39,936 nt of DNA from Utricularia gibba. Its lineage: Eukaryota; Plantae; Magnoliophyta. The stretch is from positions 1 through 39,936 of the forward strand of contig NEEC01000147.1 of the NCBI GenBank assembly GCA_002189035.1, in the 5' to 3' direction. Both the position numbers and the translations under genes were made by a program. The notes below the pieces were generated by a model. The model had not been told where the DNA came from and did not search any database. It worked only from the letters and a program-made list of their open reading frames with translations. This document shows, in pieces, positions 11,361 to 25,200 of this stretch (within the stretch, counting starts at the first letter, position 1; each line of letters begins with the position of its first letter).

Positions 11361-12304
11361 TTTAAACAAATGCATCATTTTTTTTATTCGATTTGCATCC
11401 AGTTGACCTCATGAGCCAGACAGAAATGGGGTCAAGGACCAAGTTCCCAGCGAGACTGGCCGCCACAAAACGAGAAGCGGTTCCTTGAAAACATGCAGGC
11501 AGCCCCCGAAAAACGAACGATAATAAATACATCACTTTATTTGCCGGACTACAACTAACTCTCGGTGCAAGCCAAACATTACCTTTGTCCCGTTCCAGGT
11601 GCACCCAAAGACCGCCTGCTCAAGTATAAAGTAAGTTGTTGAAAAAATCATGTGGGGTGCACGTGACATCATAATTTAAACAAATGCATCATTTTTTTTA
11701 ATCGATTTGCATCCAGTTGACCTCATGAGCCATACAGAATCGGGGTCAAGGACCAAGTTCCCAGCGAGACTGGCCGCCACAAAACGAGAAGCGGTTCCTT
11801 GAAAAACCATGTAGGCAGCCCCGAAAACCGAACGATAATAAATACATCACTTTATTTGCCGGACTACAACTAACTCTCGGTGCAAGCCAAACATTACCTT
11901 TGTCCCGTTCCAGGTGCACCCAAAGACCGCCTGCTCAAGTATAAAGTAAGTTGTTGAAAAAATCATGTGGGGTGCACGTGACATCATAATTTAAACAAAT
12001 GCATCATTTTTTTTAATCGATTTGCATCCAGTTGACCTCATGAGCCATACAGAATCGGGGTCAAGGACCAAGTTCCCAGCGAGACTGGCCGCCACAAAAC
12101 GAGAAGCGGTTCCTTGAAAAACCATGTAGGCAGCCCCGAAAACCGAACGATAATAAATACATCACTTTATTTGCCGGACTACAACTAACTCTCGATGCAA
12201 GCCAAACCTTACCTTTGTCCCGTTCCAGGTGCACCCAAAGACCGCCTGCTCAAGTATAAAGTAAGTTGTTGAAAAAATCATGTGGGGTGCACGTGACATC
12301 GTAA

Positions 12305-12900
12305 TTTAAAAAATGCATCATTTTTTCATTGATTTGCATCCTTTTGACCTCATGAGCCATAAAGAATCGGGTCAAGGACCAAGTTCCTAGCAGACTGGCC
12401 GCCACAAAACGAGAAGCGTTCCTTGAAAAACCATGTAGGCAGCCCCGAAAACCGAACGTTAATAAATACATCACTTTATTTGCCGGACTACAACTAACTC
12501 TCGGTGCAAGCCAAACCTTACCTTTGTCCGTTCCAGGTGCACCCAAAGACCGCCTGCTCAAGTATAAAGTAAGTTGTTGAAAAAATCATGTGGGGTGCAC
12601 GTGATATCGTAATTTAAACAAATGCATCATTTTTTCAATTTGCATCCAGTTGACCTCATGAGCCATACAGAATCGGGGCAAGGACCAAGTTCCCAGCGAA
12701 ACTGGCCGCCACAAAACGAGAAGCGTTCCTTGAAAAACCATGTAGGCAACCCCGAAAACCGAACGTTAATAAACATCACTTTCTTTGCCGGACTACAACT
12801 AGGCCAAGCCTTTACTTTTCCGTTCCAGTGCCCCAAGACCGCCTCCTCAAGTATAAAGTAAGTTGTTAAAAAAATCATGTGGGGTGCACTGACATCGTAA
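12305..12900. repeat. Two A/B mosaic monomers at the end of the HOR domain (12305-12612 weakly B; 12613-12900 partly B and shortened to 288 bp)
   Basis: 12305 has TTTTCATTGATT, CCTTTTGACC, CCATAAAG, TTCCTAGC and CGTTAAT on an A backbone. 12613 is preceded by GATATCGT and has GCGAAAC, GCAACCCC, CGTTAAT, TTTCTTT, CCTCCTC and GTTAAAA. Confidence 0.8.
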
Positions 12901-13211
12901 TTTAAACAAATGCATCATTTTTTTTATCGATTTGCATCCAGTTGACCTCATGAGCCATACAGAATGGGGTCAAGGACCAAGTTCCCAGCGAGACTGGCCG
13001 CCACAAAACGAGAAGCGGTTCCTTGAAAAACCATGTAGGCAGCCCCCGAAAACGAACGATAATAAATACATCACTTTATTTGCCGGACTACAACTAACTC
13101 TCGGTGCAAGCCAAACATTACCTTTGTCCCGTTCCAGGTGCACCCAAAACCGCCTGCTCAAGTATAAAGTAAGTTGTTGAAAAAATCATGTGGGTGCACG
13201 TGACATCATAA

Positions 13212-16200
13212 TTTAAACAAATGCATCATTTTTTTTAATCGATTTGCATCCAGTTGACCTCATGAGCCATACAAATCGGGTCAAGGACCAAGTTCCCAGC
13301 GAGACTGGCCGCCACAAAACGAGAAGCGGTTCCTTGAAAAACCATGTAGGCAGCCCCCGAAAACCGAACGATAATAAATACATCACTTTATTTGCCAACT
13401 ACAACTAACTCTCGGTGCAAGCCAACATTACCTTTGTCCCGTTCCAGGTGCACCCAAAGACCGCCTGCAAGTATAAAGTAAGTTGTTGAAAAAATCATGT
13501 GGGGTGCACGTGACATCATAATTTAAACAAATGCATCATTTTTTTTAATCGATTTGCATCCAGTTGACCTCATGAGCCATACAGAATCGGGGTCAAGGAC
13601 CAAGTTCCCAGCGAGACTGGCCGCCACAAACGAGAAGCGGTTCCTTGAAAAACCATGTAGGCAGCCCCCGAAAACGAACGATAATAAATACATCACTTTA
13701 TTTGCCGGACTACAACTAACTCTCGGTGCAAGCCAAACATTACCTTTGTCCCGTTCCAGGTGCACCCAAAGACCGCCTGCTCAAGTATAAAGTAAGTTGT
13801 TGAAAAAATCATGTGGGTGCACGTGACATCATAATTTAAACAAATGCATCATTTTTTTAATCGATTTGCATCCAGTTGACCTCATGAGCCATACAGAATC
13901 GGGGTCAAGGACCAAGTTCCCAGCGAGACTGGCCGCCACAAAACGAGAAGCGGTTCCTTGAAAAACCATGTAGGCAGCCCCCGAAAACCGAACGATAATA
14001 AATACATCACTTTATTTGCCGGACTACAACTAACTCTCGGTGCAAGCCAAACATTACCTTTGTCCCGTTCCAGGTGCACCCAAAGACCGCCTGCTCAAGT
14101 ATAAAGTAAGTTGTTGAAAAAATCATGTGGGGTGCACGTGACATCATAATTTAAACAAATGCATCATTTTTTTAATCGATTTGCATCCAGTTGACCTCAT
14201 GAGCCATACAGAATCGGGGTCAAGGACCAAGTTCCCAGCGAGACTGGCCGCCACAAAACGAGAAGCGTTCCTTGAAAAACCATGTAGGCAGCCCCCGAAA
14301 ACCGAACGATAATAAATACATCACTTTATTTGCCGGACTACAACTAACTCTCGGTGCAAGCCAAACATTACCTTTGTCCCGTTCCAGGTGCACCCAAAGA
14401 CCGCCTGCTCAAGTATAAAGTAAGTTGTTGAAAAAATCATGTGGGGTGCACGTGACATCATAATTTAAACAAATGCATCATTTTTTTTAATCGATTTGCA
14501 TCCAGTTGACCTCATGAGCCATACAGAATCGGGTCAAGGACCAAGTTCCCAGCGAGACTGGCCGCCACAAAACGAGAAGCGGTTCCTTGAAAAACCATGT
14601 AGGCAGCCCCCGAAAACCGAACGATAATAAATACATCACTTTATTTGCCGGACTACAACTAACTCTCGGTGCAAGCCAAACATTACCTTTGTCCCGTTCC
14701 AGGTGCACCCAAAGACCGCCTGCTCAAGTATAAAGTAAGTTGTTGAAAAAATCATGTGGGTGCACGTGACATCATAATTTAAACAAATGCATCATTTTTT
14801 TTAATCGATTTGCATCCAGTTGACCTCATGAGCCATACAGAATCGGGTCAAGGACCAAGTTCCCAGCGAGACTGGCCGCCACAAAACGAGAAGCGGTTCC
14901 TTGAAAAACCATGTAGGCAGCCCCCGAAAACCGAACGATAATAAATACATCACTTTATTTGCCGGACTACAACTAACTCTCGGTGCAAGCCAAACATTAC
15001 CTTTGTCCCGTTCCAGGTGCACCCAAAGACCGCCTGCTCAAGTATAAAGTAAGTTGTTGAAAAAATCATGTGGGGTGCACGTGACATCATAATTTAAACA
15101 AATGCATCATTTTTTTTAATCGATTTGCATCCAGTTGACCTCATGAGCCATACAGAATCGGGGTCAAGGACCAAGTTCCCAGCGAGACTGGCCGCCACAA
15201 AACGAGAAGCGGTTCCTTGAAAAACCATGTAGGCAGCCCCCGAAAACCGAACGATAATAAATACATCACTTTATTTGCCGGACTACAACTAACTCTCGGT
15301 GCAAGCCAAACATTACCTTTGTCCCGTTCCAGGTGCCCCAAAGACCGCCTGCTCAAGTATAAAGTAAGTTGTTGAAAAAATCATGTGGGGTGCACGTGAC
15401 ATCATAATTTAAACAAATGCATCATTTTTTTTAATCGATTTGCATCCAGTTGACCTCATGAGCCATACAGAATCGGGGTCAAGGACCAAGTTCCCAGCGA
15501 GACTGGCCGCCACAAAACGAGAAGCGGTTCCTTGAAAAACCATGTAGGCAGCCCCCGAAAACCGAACGATAATAAATACATCACTTTATTTGCCGGACTA
15601 CAACTAACTCTCGGTGCAAGCCAAACATTACCTTTTTAAACAAATGCATCATTTTTTTTAATCCATCCAGTTGACCATGAGTGCAAGGACCAAGTTCAGC
15701 GAGAGGCCGCCACCGAGAAGCCCTGCTCAAGTATAAATACATCACTTTATTTGTAAACTAACTCTCGTGCAAGCCAAACATGTCCCGTTCCAGAAAAGAC
15801 CGCCTGCTCAAGTCATGTGGGTGCACGTGACATCATAATTTAAACAAATGCATCATTTTTTTTAATCGATTTGCATCCAGTTGACCTCATGAGCCATACA
15901 GAATCGGTCAAGGACCAAGTTCCCAGCGAGACTGGCCGCCACAAAACGAGAAGCGGTTCCTTGAAAAACCATGTAGGCAGCCCCCGAAAACCGAACGATA
16001 ATAAATACATCACTTTATTTGCCGGACTACAACTAACTCTCGTGCAAGCCAAACATTACCTTTGTCCCGTTCCAGGTGCACCCAAAGACCGCCTGCTCAA
16101 GTATAAAGTAAGTTGTTGAAAAAATCATGTGGGGTGCACGTGACATCATAATTTAAACAAATGCATCATTTTTTTTAATCGATTTGCATCCAGTTGACCT

Positions 16201-19200
16201 CATGAGCCATACAGAATCGGGGTCAAGGACCAAGTTCCCAGCGAGACTGGCCGCCAAACAAAACCGAGAAGCGTGTGCACGTGACATCTAATGCAATTTT
16301 TTTTAAACATCCAGTGACCTCATGAGCATACAGAATCCAAGGACCAAGTTCCCAGCGAGACTGGCCGCCAAAAACGAGAAGCGGTTCCTTGAAAAACCAT
16401 GAGGCAGCCCCCGAAAACCGAACGATAATAAATACATCACTTTATTTGCCGGACTACAACTAACTCTCGGTGCAAGCCAAACATTACCTTTGTCCCGTTC
16501 CAGGTGCACCCAAAGACCGCCTGCTCAAGTATAAAGTAAGTTGTTGAAAAAATCATGTGGGGTGCACGTGACATCATAATTTAAACAAATGCATCATTTT
16601 TTTTAATCGATTTGCATCCAGTTGACCTCATGAGCCATACAGAATCGGGGTCAAGGACCAAGTTCCCAGCGAGACTGGCCGCCACAAAACGAGAAGCGGT
16701 TCCTTGAAAAACCATGTAGGCAGCCCCCGAAAACCGAACGATAATAAATACATCACTTTATTTGCCGGACTACAACTAACTCTCGGTGCAAGCCAAACAT
16801 TACCTTTGTCCCGTTCCAGGTGCACCCAAAGACCGCCTGCTCAAGTATAAAGTAAGTTGTTGAAAAAATCATGTGGGGTGCACGTGACATCATAATTTAA
16901 ACAAATGCATCATTTTTTTTAATCGATTTGCATCCAGTTGACCTCATGAGCCATACAGAATCGGGTCAAGGACCAAGTTCCCAGCGAGACTGGCCGCCAC
17001 AAAACGAGAAGCGGTTCCTTGAAAAACCATGTAGGCAGCCCCCGAAAACCGAACGATAATAAATACATCACTTTATTTGCCGGACTACAACTAACTCTCG
17101 GTGCAAGCCAAACATTACCTTTGTCCCGTTCCAGGTGCACCAAAGACCGCCTGCTCAAGTATAAAGTAAGTTGTTGAAAAAATCATGTGGGGTGCACGTG
17201 ACATCATAATTTAAACAAATGCATCATTTTTTTTAATCGATTTGCATCCAGTTGACCTCATGAGCCATACAGAATCGGGGTCAAGGACCAAGTTCCCAGC
17301 GAGACTGGCCGCCACAAAACGAGAAGCGGTTCCTTGAAAAACCATGTAGGCAGCCCCGTGCCGGACGGTGCATTTGTAGGTGCACCCAAAGACCGCCTGC
17401 TCAAGTATAAAGTAAGTTGTTGAAAAAATCATGTGGGGTGCACGTGACATCATAATTTAAACAAATGCATCATTTTTTTAATCGATTTGCATCCAGTTGA
17501 CCTCATGAGCCATACAGAATCGGGGGCCAAGTTCCCAGCGAGACTGGCCGCCACAAAACGAGAAGCGGTTCCTTGAAAAACCATGTAGGCAGCCCCCGAA
17601 AACCGAACGATAATAAATACATCACTTTATTTGCCGGACTACAACTAACTCTCGGTGCAAGCCAAACATTACCTTTGTCCCGTTCCAGGTGCCCCAAAGA
17701 CCGCCTGCTCAAGCATGTGGGGTGCACGTGACATCATAATTTAAACAAATGCATCATTTTTTTTAATCGATTTGCATCCAGTTGACCTCATGAGCCATAC
17801 AGAATCGGGTCAAGGACCAAGTTCCCAGCGAGACTGGCCGCCACAAAACGAGAAGCGGTTCCTTGAAAAACCATGTAGGCAGCCCCCGAAAACCGAACGA
17901 TAATAAATACATCACTTTATTTGCCGGACTACAACTAACTCTCGGTGCAAGCCAAACTTACCTTTGTCCCGTTCCAGGTGCACCCAAAGACCGCCTGCTC
18001 AAGTATAAAGTAAGTTGTTGAAAAAATCATGTGGGGTGCACGTGACATCATAATTTAAACAAATGCATCATTTTTTTTAATCGATTTGCATCCAGTTGAC
18101 CTCATGAGCCATACAGAATCGGGGTCAAGGACCAAGTTCCCAGCGAGACTGGCCGCCACAAAACGAGAAGCGGTTCCTTGAAAAACCATGTAGGCAGCCC
18201 CGAAAACCGAACGATAATAAATACATCACTTTATTTGCCGGACTACAACTAACTCTCGGTGCAAGCCAAACATTACCTTTGTCCCGTTCCAGGTGCACCC
18301 AAAGACCGCCTGCTCAAGTATAAAGTAAGTTGTTGAAAAAATCATGTGGGGTGCACGTGACATCATAATTTAAACAAATGCATCATTTTTTTTAATCGAT
18401 TTGCATCCAGTTGACCTCATGAGCCATACAGAATCGGGTCAAGGACCAAGTTCCCAGCGAGACTGGCCGCCACAAAACGAGAAGCGGTTCCTTGAAAAAC
18501 CATGTAGGCAGCCCCGAAAACCGAACGATAATAAATACATCACTTTATTTGCCGACTACAACTAACTCTCGGTGCAAGCCAAACATTACCTTTGTCCCGT
18601 TCCAGGTGCACCCAAAGACCGCTGCTCAAGTATAAAGTAAGTTGTTGAAAAAATCATGTGGGGTGCACGTGACATCATAATTTAAACAAATGCATCATTT
18701 TTTTTAATCGATTTGCATCCAGTTGACCTCATGAGCCATACAGAATCGGGTCAAGGACCAAGTTCCCAGCGAGACTGGCCGCCACAAAACGAGAAGCGGT
18801 TCCTTGAAAAACCATGTAGGCAGCCCCCGAAAACCGAACGATAATAAATACATCACTTTATTTGCCGGACTACAACTAACTCTCGGTGCAAGCCAAACTT
18901 ACCTTTGTCCCGTTCCAGCACCCAAAGACCGCCTGCTCAAGTATAAAGTAAGTTGTTGAAAAAATCATGTGGGGTGCACGTGACATCATAATTTAAACAA
19001 ATGCATCATTTTTTTTAATCGATTTGCATCCAGTTGACCTCATGAGCCATACAGAATCGGGGTCAAGGACCAAGTTCCCAGCGAGACTGGCCGCCACAAA
19101 ACGAGAAGCGGTTCCTTGAAAAACCATGTAGGCAAAACCGAACGATAATAAATACATCACTTTATTTGCCGGACTACAACTAACTCTCGGTGCAAGCCAA

Positions 19201-22200
19201 AACCTTTGAAAAGAAAGTATAAAGTAAGTTGTTGAAAAAATCATGTGGGTGCACGTGACATCATAATTTAAACAAATGCATCATTTTTTTTAATCGATTT
19301 GCATCCAGTTGACCTCATGAGCCATACAGAATCGGGGTCAAGGACCAAGTTCCCAGCGAGACTGGCCGCCACAAAACGAGAAGCGGTTCCTTGAAAAACC
19401 ATGTAGGCAGCCCCCGAAAACCGAACGATAATAAATACATCACTTTATTTGCCGGACTACAACTAACTCTCGGTGCAAGCCAAACTTACCTTTGTCCCGT
19501 TCCATGTGGGTGCACGTGACATCAGCACCGCCTTGCTCAAGTATAAAGTAGCGAGACTGGCCGCCACAAAACGAGAAGCGGTTCCTTGAAAAACCATGTA
19601 GGCAACCCGAAAATCATGTGGGTGTGCACGTGCTCACATGTGGGGTGCACGTGACATCATAATTTAAACAAATGCATCATTTTTTTTAATCGATTTGCAT
19701 CCAGTTGACCTCATGAGCCATACAGAATCGGGTCAAGGACCAAGTTCCCAGCGAGACTGGCCGCCACAAAACGAGAAGCGGTTCCTTGAAAAACCATGTA
19801 GGCAGCCCCCGAAAACCGAACGATAATAAATACATCACTTTATTTGCCGGACTACAACTAACTCTCGTGCAAGCCAAACATTACCTTTGTCCCGTTCCAG
19901 GTGCACCCAAAGACCGCCTGCTCAAGTATAAAGTAAGTTGTTGAAAAAATCATGTGGGGTGCACGTGACATCATAATTTAAACAAATGCATCATTTTTTT
20001 TAATCGATTTGCATCCAGTTGACCTCATGAGCCATACAGAATCGGGTCAAGGACCAAGTTCCCAGCGAGACTGGCCGCCACAAAACGAGAAGCGGTTCCT
20101 TGAAAAACCATGTAGGCAGCCCCGAAAACCGAACGATAATAAATACATCACTTTATTTGCCGGACTACAACTAACTCTCGGTGCAAGCCAAACTTACCTT
20201 TGTCCCGTTCCAGGTGCACCCAAAGACCGCCTGCTCAAGTATAAAGTAAGTTGTTGAAAAAATCATGTGGGGTGCACGTGACATCATAATTTAAACAAAT
20301 GCATCATTTTTTTTAATCGATTTGCATCCAGTTGACCTCATGAGCCATACAGAATCGGGGTCAAGGACCAAGTTCCCAGCGAGACTGGCCGCCACAAAAC
20401 GAGAAGCGGTTCCTTGAAAAACCATGTAGGCAGCCCCGAAAACCGAACGATAATAAATACATCACTTTATTTGCCGGACTACAACTAACTCTCGGTGCAA
20501 GCCAAACTTACCTTTGTCCCGTTCCAGGTGCACCCAAAGACCGCCTGCTCAAGTATAAAGTAAGTTGTTGAAAAAATCATGTGGGGTGCACGTGACATCA
20601 TAATTTAAACAAATGCATCATTTTTTTTAATCGATTTGCATCCAGTTGACCTCATGAGCCATACAGAATCGGGTCAAGGACCAAGTTCCCAGCGAGACTG
20701 GCCGCCACAAAACGAGAAGCGGTTCCTTGAAAAACCATGTAGGCAGCCCCGAAAACCGAACATAATAAATACATCACTTTATTTGCCGGACTACAACTAA
20801 ATAATAAATACATCACTTTATTTGCCGGCGTACAACTAACTCTTCGGTGCACAGCCAAACCATTACCTTAAATGTACCCGTTCCAGGTGCAAGTATAAAG
20901 TAAGTTGTTGAAAAAATCATGTGGGGTGCACGTGACATCATAATTTAATCGCAAATCAAGCATACATAAAGTTTTTTTAATCAAAAAATCATGCATGGGG
21001 TGCCTGACATCATACAGCATCATTTTTTTTAATCGATTTGCATCCAGTTGACCTCATGAGCCATACAGAATCGGGGTCAAGGACCAAGTTCCCAGCGAGA
21101 CTGGCCGCCACAAAACGAGAAGCGGTTCCTTGAAAAACCATGTAGGCAGCCCCGAAAACCGAACGATAATAAATACATCACTTTATTTGCCGGACTACAA
21201 CTAACTCTCGGTGCAAGCCAAATTAATGTACATCACAGGACAACAATTTGCTCGGTAAGTATAAGAGTTGACTACATCACGTGACATCATAATTTAAACA
21301 AATGCATCGATTTGCATCCCCTCATGAGCCATAAGAATCTTCTTTCCTTGAAAAACCATGTAGGCCCCCCGAAAACCGAACGATAATAAATACATCACTT
21401 TATTTGCCGGACTACAACTAACTCTCGGTGCAAGCCAAACTTACCTTTGTCCCGTTCCAGGTGCACCCAAAGACCGCCTGCTCAAGTATAAAGTAAGTTG
21501 TTGAAAAAATCATGTGGGGTGCACGTGACATCATAATTTAAACAAATGCATCATTTTTTTTAATCGATTTGCATCCAGTTGACCTCATGAGCCATACAGA
21601 ATCGGGGTCAAGGACCAAGTTCCCAGCGAGACTGGCCGCCACAAAACGAGAAGCGGTTCCTTGAAAAACCCCCGAAAACCGAACGATAATAAATACATCA
21701 CTTTATTTGCCGGACTACAACTAACTCTCGGTGCAAGCCAAACTTACCTTTGTCCCGTTCCAGGTGCAAACCGAACGACGTACATCATAATAAACATGCA
21801 TCATTTAATTTGCCCAGGACCTCACAACTAACTCTCGGAGAAGCGGTTCCTTGAAAAACCATGTAGGCAGCAAACATAATACATCACTTTGTACCCGTTC
21901 CAGGTGCACCCAAAGACCGCCTGCTCAAGTATAAAGTAAGTTGTTGAAAAAATCATGTGGGTGCACGTGACATCATAATTTAAACAAATGCATCATTTTT
22001 TAATCGATTTGCATCCAGTTGCCTTGAGCCATACAGAATCGGGGGGACCAAGTTCCCAGCGAGACTGGCCGCCACAAATTCCTTGAAAAACCATGTAGGC
22101 AACCCGAAAACCGAACGATAATAAATACATCACTTTACAACTAACATTTGCGTTCCAGTGCCCAAAGACCGCCTGCTCAAGTATAAAGTAAGTTGTTGAA

Positions 22201-25200
22201 AAAATCATGTGGGGTGCACGTGACATCATAATTTAAACAAATGCATCATTTTTTTTAATCGATTTGCATCCAGTTGACCTCATGAGCCATACAGAATGGG
22301 GTCAAGGACCAAGTTCCCAGCGAGACTGGCCGCCACAAAACGAGAAGCGTTCCTTGAAAAACCATGTAGGCAGCCCCGAAAACCGAACGATAATAAATAC
22401 ATCACTTTATTTGCCGGACTACAACTAACTCTCGGTGCAAGCCAAACTTACCTTTGTCCCGTTCCAGGTGCACCCAAAGACCGCCTGCTCAAGTATAAAG
22501 TAAGTTGTTGAAAAAATCATGTGGGGTGCACGTGACATCATAATTTAAACAAATGCATCATTTTTTTAATCCATCCAGAATGAGCGAATAATAAAACATT
22601 CACTTTGCCGGACTACAACTAACTCTCGGTGCAAGCCAAACACACCTTCCCACGTTCCAGGCCCCAAAGACCGCCTGCTTATATAAGTAGGTGCAAGCCA
22701 AACTGAAAAAGACCGCCTGCTCAACATCACGTGACATCATAATTTAAACAAATGCATCATTTTTTTTAATCGATTTGCATCCAGTTGACCTCATGAGCCA
22801 TACAGAATCGGGTCAAGGACCAAGTTCCCAGCGAGACTGGCCGCCACAAAACGAGAAGCGGTTCCTTGAAAAACCATGTAGGCAGCCCCGAAAACCGAAC
22901 GATGAGGTTTACCAGGTGCACCCAAAGACCGCCTGCTCAAGTATAAAGTAAGTTGTTGAAAAAATCATGTGGGGTGCACGTGACATCATAATTTAAACAA
23001 ATGCATCATTTTTTTTAATCGATTTGCATCCAGTTGACCTCATGAGCCATACAGAATCGGGTCAAGGACCAAGTTCCCAGCGAGACTGGCCGCCACAAAA
23101 CGAGAAGCGTTCCTTGAAAAACCATGTAGGCAGCCCCCGAAAACCGAACGATAATAAATACATCACTTTATTTGCCGGACTACAACTAACTCTCGGTGCA
23201 AGCCAAACTTACCTTTGTCCCGTTCCAGGTGCACCCAAAGACCGCCTGCTCAAGTATAAAGTAAGTTGTTGAAAAAATCATGTGGGGTGCACGTGACATC
23301 ATAATTTAAACAAATGCATTCATTTAAGTCGGTGCATTTTATTTGACCACGTCATGAGCATCCATACAGAATCGGGGTCAAGGACCAAGTTCCCAGCGAG
23401 ACTGGCCGCCACAAAACGAGAAGCGGTTCCTTGAAAAACCATGTAGGCAGCCCCCGAAAACCGAACGATAATAAATACATCACTTTATTTGCCGGACTAC
23501 AACTAACTCTCGGTGCAAGCCAAACTTACCTTTGTCCCGTTCCAGGTGCACCCAAAGACCGCCTGCTCAAGTATAAAGTAAGTTGTTGAAAAAATCATGT
23601 GGGGTGCACGTGACATCATAATTTAAACAAATGCATCATTTTTTTTAATCGATTTGCATCCAGTTGACCTCATGAGCCATACAGAATCGGGGTGCGAGGA
23701 CAGTTCCCCATGCAAGAACGATAAGGGTTGAAAACATGTGGGGTGCACGTGACATCATAATTTAAACAAATGCGATTTGCATCCAGTTGACCTCATGAGC
23801 CATACAGAATCCACCAAGTTCCCAGCGAGACTGTCCCGTTCATCAGCCGGAGGTGTAAGCCAAACCGAAGATCCCGTTCCATCACTTTATTTGCTCATAC
23901 AACTAACTATGGTTGAAAAAGAAAGTGTCATGTGCACGTGACATCATAATTTAAACAAATGCATCATTTTTTTTAATCGATTTGCATCCAGTTGACCTCA
24001 TGAGCCATACAGAATCGGGTCAAGGACCAAGTTCCCAGCGAGACTGGCCGCCACAAAACGAGAAGCGGTTCCTTGAAAAACCATGTAGGCAGCCCCCGAA
24101 AACCGAACGATAATAAATACATCACTTTATTTGCCGGACTACAACTAACTTCGGTGCAAGCCAAACTTACCTTTGTCCCGTTCCAGGTGCACCCAAAGAC
24201 CGCCTGCTCAAGTATAAAGTAAGTTGTTGAAAAAATCATGTGGGGTGCACGTGACATCATAATTTAAACAAATGCATCATTTTTTTCGATTTGCAATGAG
24301 CCATACATTGCGAGACTTTTCCTTGAAAAACCATGTAGGCGAAAACCGAACGTGCCGGAGGTTCAGCTACAACGTGACATGCGGCATCCAGTTGACCTCA
24401 TGAGCCATACAGAATCGGTTCCAGCGAGACTACAAAACGAGAAGCGGTTCCTTGAAAAACCATGTAGGCAGCCCCCGAAAACCGAACGATAATAAATACA
24501 TCACTTTATTTGCCGGACTACAACTAACTCTCGGTGCAAGCCAAACATTACCTTTGTCCCGTTCCAGGTGCACCCAAAGACCGCCTGCTCAAGTATAAAG
24601 TAAGTTGTTGAAAAAATCATGTGGGGTGCACGTGACATCATAATTTAAACAAATGCATCATTTTTTTTAATCGATTTGCATCCAGTTGACCTCATGAGCC
24701 ATACAGAATCGGGTCAAGGACCAAGTTCCCAGCGAGACTGGCCGCCACAAAACGAGAAGCGGTTCCTTGAAAAACCATGTAGGCAGCCCCCGAAAACCGA
24801 ACGATAATAAATACATCACTTTATTTGCCGGACTACAACTAACTCTCGGTGCAAGCCAAACATTACCTTTGTCCCGTTCCAGGTGCACCCAAAGACCGCC
24901 TGCTCAAGTATAAAGTAAGTTGTTGAAAAAATCATGTGGGGTGCACGTGACATCATAATTTAAACAAATGCATCATTTTTTTTAATCGATTTGCATCCAG
25001 TTGACCTCATGAGCCATACAGAATCGGGGTCAAGGACCAAGTTCCCAGCGAGACTGGCCGCCACAAAACGAGAAGCGGTTCCTTGAAAAACCATGTAGGC
25101 AGCCCCGAAAACCGAACGATAATAAATACATCACTTTATTTGCCGGACTACAACTAACTCTCGGTGCAAGCCAAACTTACCTTTGTCCCGTTCCACACCA

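Larger units (their letters stand above)
719..13211. repeat. Higher-order-repeat (HOR) domain: B-C-(A/D)n units of 3-7 monomers
   Basis: Variant-B monomers start at 729, 2926, 5120, 6684, 7626, 8865, 9794, 11048 and 12613 (weak mosaic at 12305). Each is followed by a C-type monomer with diagnostics TTATTCG/TTATCG, GCCAGACAGAAATGGGG, AAAACGAACG and AAACATTACC. The marker GATATC (EcoRV) lies 10 bp before B at 719, 2916, 5110, 6674, 7616, 9784, 11038 and 12603. Confidence 0.9.
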
